Origin: Candidatus Muiribacteriota bacterium
GTDB lineage: Bacteria > Muiribacteriota > Muiribacteriia > Muiribacteriales > Muiribacteriaceae
DNA: 32,354 nucleotides
Direction of reading: 5' to 3'
NCBI GenBank assembly: GCA_051747805.1
Contig: JBNJGP010000026.1
Coordinates: forward strand, 1-32,354
Part shown: positions 10,087 through 18,273 of the stretch, piece after piece
Position numbering within the stretch: position 1 is the first letter of the stretch
How the letters are laid out: each line of letters starts with the position of its first letter
The notes under the pieces: generated by a model
What the model was told of the DNA's origin: nothing
Seen by the model: the letters and a program-made list of their open reading frames with translations, nothing else
Database searches by the model: none
Translations under genes and position numbers: made by a program

Positions 10087-11189
10087 TCTGTATTAATGGA
10101 TTTTCTAAACTCATTTAAAAATATAAAAACAATTCCCACAAAAAAACCAGCAAAAATAGAGGCTATTATAATAAGTAAAACTTTTTTATTAAATGAAAAA
10201 TAAAAATTATTATCAATTTCTTTATAAAGCTCCAGATTTCTACGTTGAAGCTCAAATTTTTCTTTTTCAGCAATGAGGTCATCAATTTTTATATTTAACT
10301 CCTCGAGGTCATTTGTAACAAGCTTTCTTTTATTAATTTTTTCGTTCTCGATTTTTTTTAAAAACTCAAAATTTTCTCTTTGAAGACCATTAATCTCTTT
10401 TTCTGCAAGATTTAATTTAGATTTAAGGCTAATATTTTCATTTATATTTTCCTGAACCATATTTGAATACATTAAATATGAAAGAGAGTTCTCTTCTCCG
10501 GCTGTTTTTACTTTCATCTCCTGAAGTTTTTCTCTCATTAGTTTATTCTCTTCCAGAATATCATTATAATATTTAATTAAGTCCTTATTCTCTTTTATTT
10601 CATCTTTATTAACCTGCCTTGAATCCTGCATAAACTTAATATTATTATTTATTAGATTAACTCTGTTATCAATATCATATATTTGAATATTAAGATTATT
10701 GATTCTGTTTTTAACTTTTTTTATCTGTTCTTCAAGAACTACCCTGTTAAACTCAAGCCTTTCAAGAAAAACCGGGCTTTCATTTATAATCTGAAGTACA
10801 TTCTGAATATAAAGATTAACCTCCTTCGTATCTGAGGCTTGGGTCGAAAATTCAATTAAATTAGTATTACCCGGATTTTCGGCTTTCAACGAATAATTGT
10901 TTTCAAACTTCTCAAGGCTTGAACTATTTCTGTATAATCTGGCCTCAAGCCATTCTTTAAGCTCTGATATTTTCAGACCAGGCAGAGGGTCCCCATCATC
11001 ATAACCGCCAATGCCATTCATAACATAATATTTAACCTCGTATGGAGCCACCCTAATACCTGTATACGCTATACCAAGTATCAAAAACACAATTGTTGTT
11101 ATTAAAAGAATTTTTTTATTTTTAATTATTGTGAGGGCTAATTCCCTTAAATCTATTTCATCTTCTTCAATATATTTTTTCTCTGACAT
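10083..11189 (-). CDS. Wzz/FepE-like chain-length determinant family protein with long coiled coil
   Basis: EDEIDLREL then a TM helix; about 180 aa heptad-rich region; C-terminal TM IIASIFAGFFVGIVF. Confidence 0.75.
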   Translation of the reverse strand: MSEKKYIEEDEIDLRELALTIIKNKKILLITTIVFLILGIAYTGIRVAPYEVKYYVMNGIGGYDDGDPLPGLKISELKEWLEARLYRNSSSLEKFENNYSLKAENPGNTNLIEFSTQASDTKEVNLYIQNVLQIINESPVFLERLEFNRVVLEEQIKKVKNRINNLNIQIYDIDNRVNLINNNIKFMQDSRQVNKDEIKENKDLIKYYNDILEENKLMREKLQEMKVKTAGEENSLSYLMYSNMVQENINENISLKSKLNLAEKEINGLQRENFEFLKKIENEKINKRKLVTNDLEELNIKIDDLIAEKEKFELQRRNLELYKEIDNNFYFSFNKKVLLIIIASIFAGFFVGIVFIFLNEFRKSINTE

Positions 11190-11253
11190 ATCGCTCTCCT
11201 CTGGTATTTCTAAATTTTATTAATTTGAGTTTAGCAAATTTTTTTAAAGTATT

Positions 11254-12561
11254 TTATAATTCTATATCATATTTTTTCAATTTGTAAAGTAAAGTAGTTC
11301 TTTTTAGCCCAAGTTTTTTGGCCAGCTCTGTTTTATTTTTACTTTCTTTTAAAAATTTTAAAATTGTTTCTTTTTCATTTTTTTCAAGCACATCTCCGTT
11401 ACTTTCCTTTTTAAAATCCTTTTTCAAAAAAGAGAAATCATCCTCATCTAAAAAATTTTTTTCTCCAAAAACAATAGCCCTTTCTATAGCGTTTTTAAGT
11501 TCACGAATATTTCCCGGCCATTCTACCTGTTTAAGAATCAAAAAAGCTTCTTCTGTAATTTTTAGAAAATCTTTTTTTGTTTTACGGGCAATTTCTTTTG
11601 AAAATTTCTCGGCAAGAAGTTTTATATCTTCTTTTCTATCTTTTAAATCAGGCATATGAATATTTATTACATTTAATCTATAATATAAATCTTGACGGAA
11701 CTCTCTGTTTTTAACCATTTTTTCAAGAGAACGGTTTGTGGCGGCAATAACTCTTACATCAACTTTCTGAGGAATATTTTTTCCAATAGTTTCAACCTCT
11801 CCCTCCTGTAGAACTCGCAGCAGCTTTGACTGTGATTCAAGGTCAATTTCGCCAATTTCATCAAGAAAAACAGTTCCTTTATGGGCCGATTTGAACTTCC
11901 CCTCTTTATTATCTACGGCTCCTGTAAACGACCCTTTAACATGTCCAAATAACTCCGAGGCCATAAGTTCTTTAGATAAAGTGGCACAGTTAACGGCAAT
12001 AAAAGGTTTATCTTTTCTATCTGAGTTTTTATGAATATATCTTGCGGCCATTTCTTTTCCTGTACCACTGTTTCCGCTGATTAAAACAACACTGTTAACC
12101 TTGGAAACTTTATCAAGCATTTTTTTAGTTTCCATAAAAGCTGGCGAAGTTCCAATAAAATCTTCTTTTTCTGCGGATTTTGTACTTACAATATTCTGTT
12201 TTAAATCAAAGGATAATTTTTTTATTTTTGTATAAAGCTCCTCAAGACCGAAAGGTTTAACTATAAAATCCTCGGCCCCGATTTTCATAGCATCAACTGC
12301 CATTTCAATAGTGCCATGGGCCGATATCATTAAAACCCTTGTTTCCGGAGCTTTTTTTAATATATATTTTAAAAGCTGCATTCCATCAAGCTTAGGCATT
12401 TTAATATCTAAAACAACAAGAGAGGGTTCATATAAATCAAAAATCTGCTGAGCTTTTTTTCCGTCCTCTGCAAAAAAAGGTTCTAATCCGCCTCTTTCTT
12501 TAAAATCATATTCTATAGCTTTTCTGATAGAAAAATCATCATCAGCAACCAGAATTTTCAT
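11254..12561 (-). CDS. Sigma54-dependent response regulator (NtrC/AtoC family)
   Basis: Receiver (ADDD, LDIKMP, KPF), AAA+ (GNSGTGKE, SELFGHVKGSFTGA, FLDEIGE, FRQDLYYRL, WPGNIREL), Fis-type HTH. Confidence 0.95.
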   Translation of the reverse strand: MKILVADDDFSIRKAIEYDFKERGGLEPFFAEDGKKAQQIFDLYEPSLVVLDIKMPKLDGMQLLKYILKKAPETRVLMISAHGTIEMAVDAMKIGAEDFIVKPFGLEELYTKIKKLSFDLKQNIVSTKSAEKEDFIGTSPAFMETKKMLDKVSKVNSVVLISGNSGTGKEMAARYIHKNSDRKDKPFIAVNCATLSKELMASELFGHVKGSFTGAVDNKEGKFKSAHKGTVFLDEIGEIDLESQSKLLRVLQEGEVETIGKNIPQKVDVRVIAATNRSLEKMVKNREFRQDLYYRLNVINIHMPDLKDRKEDIKLLAEKFSKEIARKTKKDFLKITEEAFLILKQVEWPGNIRELKNAIERAIVFGEKNFLDEDDFSFLKKDFKKESNGDVLEKNEKETILKFLKESKNKTELAKKLGLKRTTLLYKLKKYDIEL

Positions 12562-12567
12562 ATATAA

Positions 12568-12596
12568 ATTTTACTTTATATTTAATTAAAATGCAA
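12568..12596 (-). promoter_or_regulatory. Candidate sigma70 promoter giving a leaderless regulator mRNA
   Basis: Minus strand TTGCAT-N17-TAAAAT-N6-ATG; no Shine-Dalgarno before the ATG. Confidence 0.6.
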
Positions 12597-12804
12597 AAAA
12601 AATTAGAGGAACTAAAGTTCCGTAAAGAGTCGCTTATGCTCCATGAATAGAACAAACAAAGTTTGCGTCTAAACAAAAACAAAAAATGATATGCAGAAAT
12701 ACCAAAGTTAAAATTAATTACGGAACAAAATCGCAAAAAAATATAAGAGCGTATATTCGGCATATTGAAAGTACTTCAATATATAAAATAAACCCAATAA
12801 AAGA

Positions 12805-12833
12805 AAAAAACCCTCTTTATAAAGCGGTTTTTT
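12805..12833. terminator. Imperfect terminator-like hairpin
   Basis: AAAAAACCCTCTTTATAAAGCGGTTTTTT, A-tract and T-tract flanks. Confidence 0.35.
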
Positions 12834-12897
12834 GTGATTTTTGGAGTAATTCAATTTTAACTTCAAATATGACTTTTGTTTCAAGAACTTTTTTATC

Positions 12898-12945
12898 AAA
12901 AGCGAGTGGTCAATAGAACTCTTAAGAATTCGACCACCCGCTTTT
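12898..12945 (-). terminator. Long hairpin after hsp20 (terminator and/or repeat element)
   Basis: Minus strand AAAAGCGGGTGGTC GAATTC TTAA GAGTTC TATT GACCACTCGCTTTT; both apparent mismatches are G-U pairs on this strand; 10 nt after the hsp20 stop. Confidence 0.75.
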
Positions 12946-12955
12946 ACATTAATGT

Positions 12956-13456
12956 TTAGTCAATTTTTATTTTTTTCACTTCATTTTTCTTTATTTCTGG
13001 TCTTTTAAATTTCAAAGTCAGAATTCCATTTGAATAATCTGCCTTGATTTCATCCTGATCAATACCTTCTCCTACCTCAAAAGTTCTGGAAAAAACACCG
13101 CATTTTCTTTCTTTATAAAAATAGTTCCTTTCTCTGTCAATTCCAGGCTCTTTTGTTTCTGATTCAGCTTCTTTTTTATTTTCCTTATGACAGGAATCTT
13201 CAGTTTCATCAAAGTTTTTTGCAGCTATTGTTAAATACCCGTTTTCAAGTGTGATTTCAATATCATCCTTGTCAACACCGGGAAGCTCTGCTTCAAGGAA
13301 AATTTCATTATTTGTTTCATAAACATCTACCGGAAACTTCCAGGTTCTTTCCCATTCCTTTTTTATAGGATTAGCCACTTTTTCATCAAAAATATCTCTA
13401 ACAAAATTTGTTAAATCATAAAACTCTTTTGTTGGATCCCATCTTTCAAATTTCAT
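12956..13456 (-). CDS. Small heat-shock protein, Hsp20/alpha-crystallin family
   Basis: PVDVYET, AELPGV, ERKCGVFSRTF, IKADYSNGILTL; GGAGG RBS; charged insertion in the loop. Confidence 0.95.
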   Translation of the reverse strand: MKFERWDPTKEFYDLTNFVRDIFDEKVANPIKKEWERTWKFPVDVYETNNEIFLEAELPGVDKDDIEITLENGYLTIAAKNFDETEDSCHKENKKEAESETKEPGIDRERNYFYKERKCGVFSRTFEVGEGIDQDEIKADYSNGILTLKFKRPEIKKNEVKKIKID

Positions 13457-13502
13457 AATCAGCCTCCTAAAAAATTTTTTTACAATATTCTAAATTTAAA
13501 TA

Positions 13503-13518
13503 TACAAAATCTGTTCCA
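13503..13518 (-). promoter_or_regulatory. Candidate sigma54 -24/-12 promoter of hsp20
   Basis: Minus strand TGGAACAGATTTTGTA versus consensus TGGCACGNNNNTTGCW; correct spacing, GT instead of GC at -12. Confidence 0.5.
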
Positions 13519-13638
13519 AAACAAAAAAACTTATTGGGGACATAGCTATTACGAGGCGAAATATATAAAATTTTTAAAAAAGTGTACTTATTTTCTACAA
13601 TAAAGGGTAGAAATACTCAATAAAAATTAAAATTACTA

Positions 13639-14052
13639 TTACTGACCAATAATTTTTATTAAAATATTCTTGGGCCTCTGTCCGTCATATTCTGCATAAT
13701 AAACAGTCTGCCATTTCCCCATATAAAGATTGCCCTCAGAAACAGGCAGTGTAATATGATGACCGGCAAGAAGCTGCCGGATATGCCCATCTGCATTTTC
13801 CTCGTCAGGTCCGTTATGCCTGTATTCCCCCTGACGGGGCACCAGTTTTTTCATAAAATCTTTTATATCTTCAACAAGCGAAGAATCTATATCATTTATA
13901 AAAATGCCACTTGTGGTATGCAGCGGGTATACAAGGCAGAATCCTTCTTTTATATCTGAGTTTTTAACCTCTTGTTTAACGTTTTCTGTAATATTTAAAA
14001 TGTCATAACGTTCATCTGTATTAAATTCTATTTCTTTCTGATAGCTTTTCAT
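13639..14052 (-). CDS. yjbQ: YjbQ/UPF0047 family protein
   Basis: HTTSGIFIN, YRHN, NADGHIR, MGKWQTVYYAEYDGQRPK; abuts the dnaE stop. Confidence 0.9.
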   Translation of the reverse strand: MKSYQKEIEFNTDERYDILNITENVKQEVKNSDIKEGFCLVYPLHTTSGIFINDIDSSLVEDIKDFMKKLVPRQGEYRHNGPDEENADGHIRQLLAGHHITLPVSEGNLYMGKWQTVYYAEYDGQRPKNILIKIIGQ

Positions 14053-17000
14053 TTACTCCTCCTCTTTTTCAAATCTAAGCTGAATATTATCTATCCCAAT
14101 AAGTTCTTCAAGTTCTTCTAAAAGAATTTCATTTATTTCTATCATATGTTCTGTCTGTAGCATTACCTTTCCCTCAGGAGTATCTGCAAGCATTAAAACT
14201 TCATTTTTTCCCTGGTAAAGGTCAAATATATTTCTTAACTCCTCAATTATATCAAGGTCATTAATTTTTAAAATAATTTTTAAATCCGGGTTATCAAACA
14301 CTTCCTGAACTTTATTAATATGAACAAGCTCTGGAACTTGTGCTTCATTATCTATAAGGGCTAAAACAACATCATCTATATTTAAATCAAAATTCTTATG
14401 ATTGTTATAATAAACTTTCATTGAATCCCTGTGGTCTTCAAGTATAAAATAAGATTTAAAGCTTTTATCATCGATATATTCTCTATCTATTTTCTGAATA
14501 ATACCTGCAACTTTAATTTTTTTATATTTAATTCTTTTTGCTTCCATTAATGGTTCTTCAGAAAGCAGCTTAATAGTAATCATATAATCATCTAAAACTG
14601 TTCTTGTAAATGAAAGCCCCATATATTCCTTTTCTTTTTCTCTAAGATAATTTTCATCGTACTCGAGGCTAGTTGATGATTTAGAGCTGGTATTTTCACC
14701 AAAAAGACTTTCATAATTAATATTCTGATGAATATTTTCAATCATATACTTCCTTGACACTTTAAGAAAATCACAGGCACCGCTGAATATAAGGGCCTTT
14801 AAAACGTGTTCAGAAATTTTATAACTTTTAGCTTTTAATATAAATTCATCAAAATCTCTTAATTTGTTTTTGCTGAATTTAACGAATTTTTCAACGGATT
14901 TTGCATTTGTTACCCCAATCCCCTTTATGCCTGAAAAAGAAAATCTAATTCCTTTTGTAGAAGCACTGAATTTTGTTTTGGATTTAAGGAGATGTGGAGG
15001 AAGCACTTTTATATTTTCTTCTCTCATCTCTCTTATAGTATGATTGATTTTATCAATATTATCGATTTCTGAGTTAAGAAGCTGAGAATAAAACGCTATA
15101 GGATATTTCTTTTTAAACCAGGCACATTTGTATGTTAAAGCTGAATAGGCTACTGCATGAGCTTTGTTAAAACCATATCCTGCAAATCTTAAAATATGAT
15201 TATATATTGTTTTAGCAAGCTCCTTATCTGTTTTTTTTGCTACAGCCCTTTCAACAAAATCCTCCATAAGTTTATCCATAATAAAACTGTTTTTTAAAGA
15301 AATTGCTTTTCTGAATTTATCTGCTTCTTCAAGTGAAAAACCCGCAATTTCTTTTGCAAGCTCCATTATCTGTTCCTGATAAATTATAACCCCGTTTGTT
15401 GATTTTAAAATTTTCCATACTCTTTTATCATTTTTAAGCTTATTAATCTGTTCATTTTCATTATGATTAAGATAAATATTCATGTTTTCTCTGGCTCCGG
15501 GTCTTGTAAGCGCAGTTAAAATACAGAGTTTTTCAAAACAATCGGGCTTTATAAGCATGGCGCTTCTTGTCATATGAGGGGTATCCAGCTGAAAAAGTCC
15601 AGACGTTAAGCCACGCGAAATCATTTTATATACTTCAGCATCTTCATAATTTATATTAAAATCTTTTTTTGCATTTTTAGTTTTTTTTATTTTTAAAATA
15701 ATATTATCAATTGTTGTCAGTGTTTTAAGGGATAGCAGGTCAATTTTTAATATTCCTAGTTTTTCAAGACTATATTTATCCCATTGTGTAATTAATTTAT
15801 GCTCTTCTTTTATACAGGGAACTGCCCTCTCCATATTGTCAGGATAAATAACAATACCAGCTGCATGCTGGGAAATATGTTTAATAATTCCCTCAAGTTT
15901 CTGGGCTCCAATTAAAACTTTTTTTACATCCTTATTGTTTTTCATCATATTTCTAAGCTCGACTTTCTGCTTTATGTTTCTTTCCAGTGAAAGTCTTTTA
16001 TCTATATACATCATTATACTTTCAATAATTCCATCTGAAACCTCAAGAGATTTTCCTGTTTCTCTTACAGCCATTGCACTCTTAAAAGTTCCAAAAGATA
16101 TAATTGAGGCCACCTTTTCTTTTTTAAATCTTTTTCTTATATAATTATTTAAAATATCCCTTTTCTGTGAGCATACATCTATATCTATATCAGGCAACTC
16201 TGCCCTTTTCATGGTTAAAAATCTTTCAAATATCAGATTATGCTTTAAGGGGTCCACCTCGGTTATATCAAGAAGATAGGCTACTATGCTCCCAACGGCG
16301 GAACCGCGTCCAGGTCCTACTGTTATACCTTTTTTTCTGGCATATTTTACTATATCCCATACAATAAGAAAATAATCCGAAAAATTCAGCCGGCTAATAA
16401 TTTTAAGCTCTTTATCCAGCCTTTTTCTGGCCTGGTTATTATCTTCTGAATACTTTTTTGAAAGTTCTCTACTTGTGAGATATAATAAATATTCAGCTGA
16501 GCTACCAAACTCCTGCGGGAAATCATAGTTTGGTAATTTCTGATTTTCATCCAGAATTAAATTACATTTTCTTGCTATTTCATTTGCATTCTCATACGCT
16601 TTTTTAAAACCATAGGATTTCATTTCTGTGGGAAGCTTATAGTAGGCCTGATTAGAATTAACTTTTTCTCTATCAACAGAATAATATTTTTCCCCGTTTA
16701 ATATACATTTATAAGCATCCAGCAGTTTATAATGGGGGGCAATAAGGTAATTAACGGTGTTTGTAAGAACTGTTTTAATACCAAAATTTTCGGCAATACC
16801 TTCAAGTAAATGCATATAAGAATGGTTCTGTTCATATGTGCAAGTGTTTATTTCAACAAAAAAATCTGCTCCAAACCATTCTTTCATACTCAGTAACCAA
16901 CTTTCAAGTTCCTCAAGTTTATCATACTTTAAATATTTTACTACCCTTGAATTCTCGTATCCAGAAAGAACTATAAGCCCCTGAGAATTTTCTTTTAAAA

Positions 17001-17319
17001 TATTTATATTGATTTCTTCTTTTATATTTTTCTGATTAACAATATATACTAAATTAGAAAAACCTGTATAATTTTTACAGAGAAGGACTAAATTTCCTTC
17101 TTTAAAAGAAATCTCGGCACCTATAACTGGCTTTATTCCATGATTTAAGGCCTGAAAATAGAAGTCAACCGCACCGTATAAATTATTTAAATCAGTTAAG
17201 GCAGCATAATAAAAACCATTTTTTTTACATGTTGCAAGAACATCTGGTATTTTTAGTACACTTTCCCCCAGGCTGTAAGCGCTATGAACATGTAAGTGAG
17301 TAAAATCTGCTTTTTTCAC
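14053..17319 (-). CDS. dnaE: DNA polymerase III alpha subunit (DnaE type) with degenerate PHP domain
   Basis: HLHVHS, GPGRGSAVGS, PDIDID, HAAGIVI, KIDLLSL, YQEQIM, FAGYGFNKAHA; OB-fold-like and C-terminal domains; GTG start. Confidence 0.93.
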   Translation of the reverse strand: MKKADFTHLHVHSAYSLGESVLKIPDVLATCKKNGFYYAALTDLNNLYGAVDFYFQALNHGIKPVIGAEISFKEGNLVLLCKNYTGFSNLVYIVNQKNIKEEININILKENSQGLIVLSGYENSRVVKYLKYDKLEELESWLLSMKEWFGADFFVEINTCTYEQNHSYMHLLEGIAENFGIKTVLTNTVNYLIAPHYKLLDAYKCILNGEKYYSVDREKVNSNQAYYKLPTEMKSYGFKKAYENANEIARKCNLILDENQKLPNYDFPQEFGSSAEYLLYLTSRELSKKYSEDNNQARKRLDKELKIISRLNFSDYFLIVWDIVKYARKKGITVGPGRGSAVGSIVAYLLDITEVDPLKHNLIFERFLTMKRAELPDIDIDVCSQKRDILNNYIRKRFKKEKVASIISFGTFKSAMAVRETGKSLEVSDGIIESIMMYIDKRLSLERNIKQKVELRNMMKNNKDVKKVLIGAQKLEGIIKHISQHAAGIVIYPDNMERAVPCIKEEHKLITQWDKYSLEKLGILKIDLLSLKTLTTIDNIILKIKKTKNAKKDFNINYEDAEVYKMISRGLTSGLFQLDTPHMTRSAMLIKPDCFEKLCILTALTRPGARENMNIYLNHNENEQINKLKNDKRVWKILKSTNGVIIYQEQIMELAKEIAGFSLEEADKFRKAISLKNSFIMDKLMEDFVERAVAKKTDKELAKTIYNHILRFAGYGFNKAHAVAYSALTYKCAWFKKKYPIAFYSQLLNSEIDNIDKINHTIREMREENIKVLPPHLLKSKTKFSASTKGIRFSFSGIKGIGVTNAKSVEKFVKFSKNKLRDFDEFILKAKSYKISEHVLKALIFSGACDFLKVSRKYMIENIHQNINYESLFGENTSSKSSTSLEYDENYLREKEKEYMGLSFTRTVLDDYMITIKLLSEEPLMEAKRIKYKKIKVAGIIQKIDREYIDDKSFKSYFILEDHRDSMKVYYNNHKNFDLNIDDVVLALIDNEAQVPELVHINKVQEVFDNPDLKIILKINDLDIIEELRNIFDLYQGKNEVLMLADTPEGKVMLQTEHMIEINEILLEELEELIGIDNIQLRFEKEEE

Positions 17320-17321
17320 GT

Positions 17322-17768
17322 TTAAATCGCTTTCGTCAACTCTTCTTTAATTTTACTGTATTCATCATTAACTCTTCTAAGTCTTCTGTTAACATCCTTT
17401 ATCACAGTAAGATAGAATTTGACAAGTAATTTTTTTTCAAATTTTTTCATCATCTCAAGCTTTTTAACTGGAATTTTAAACATCTGTACATCAGTAACAG
17501 CAATCGCGCTTATTTCACGAGGTCCCTCGTCAAGGACAGATATCTCGCCCAAAAACGAACCTCTTCCAATTTTAGTAAGCTCTGTATCAGAGCCAGTATC
17601 ACTTATTTTCACAAGGGTTATCTGCCCTTTTTTTATTAAGTAAATTGAATCAGGAGACTCATCCTGCTTAAATACAATATCACCGGGTTTATAAGCTATA
17701 TTTTCACTTACAGCAAGAATCTTTGTAAGCTCTTCTTCGTTTAATTTTGAAAAAATCGAACCTGTCAT
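17322..17768 (-). CDS. Stand-alone cyclic nucleotide-binding domain protein
   Basis: VFKQDESPDSIYLIKKG, GSFLGEISVLDEGPREISAIA; no CRP-type HTH. Confidence 0.88.
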   Translation of the reverse strand: MTGSIFSKLNEEELTKILAVSENIAYKPGDIVFKQDESPDSIYLIKKGQITLVKISDTGSDTELTKIGRGSFLGEISVLDEGPREISAIAVTDVQMFKIPVKKLEMMKKFEKKLLVKFYLTVIKDVNRRLRRVNDEYSKIKEELTKAI

Positions 17769-17778
17769 AAATACCTCT

Positions 17779-18252
17779 TTAATTTTTTATATTGCCAAGT
17801 GTCTGACGGGAGGATATTAATCTTTCAGTAGTCATACGACTTCTCTGGGCACCAATTTTAATAATATTCAGCATAAATTTACATACTATATCAAGCTCAC
17901 TCTCGGCCATTGACTCAATATACCCTCTTGAAAATACAACCATTTTAACAGTCGAATCGCCGGCTTTAGCCATTGCCGAACGTGGAGTTTTATCAACTAG
18001 AGACATCTCTCCTAAAAAAGCCCCGTCAGATAAGGTAACCAGCAGCTTAGGCTCATCAAGCTCCAGCTCTTTATAAATACTGATTTCACCACTTAAAATA
18101 ATAAACATTTCTGTGCCAGTCTCACCTTCGTGAAATAAAATTTCATCTGATCGAAGCTCGTATTCAACAGCATTTTTCAAAAAAGTTTCGAGTTCTTCCT
18201 GGCTGAAATTTCTAAAAATTTCTATATCATTTAAAGCTGCTACATTAATCAT
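17779..18252 (-). CDS. Stand-alone cyclic nucleotide-binding domain protein
   Basis: LFHEGETGTEMFIILSG, GAFLGEMSLVDKTPRSAMAKA; no HTH. Confidence 0.88.
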   Translation of the reverse strand: MINVAALNDIEIFRNFSQEELETFLKNAVEYELRSDEILFHEGETGTEMFIILSGEISIYKELELDEPKLLVTLSDGAFLGEMSLVDKTPRSAMAKAGDSTVKMVVFSRGYIESMAESELDIVCKFMLNIIKIGAQRSRMTTERLISSRQTLGNIKN

Positions 18253-18273
18253 ATAAACTCCCGGGAATTTTTT

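Noticed and set aside
12542..12916. Short ORFs 12542-12763 (-), 12686-12916 (+), 12714-12899 (-)
   Set aside because: No recognisable motif or clear RBS; they overlap each other, hairpins and a promoter.
14053..17319. dnaE2/imuC SOS mutagenesis cassette
   Set aside because: No imuA, imuB or lexA adjacent and no SRDF-type tail.
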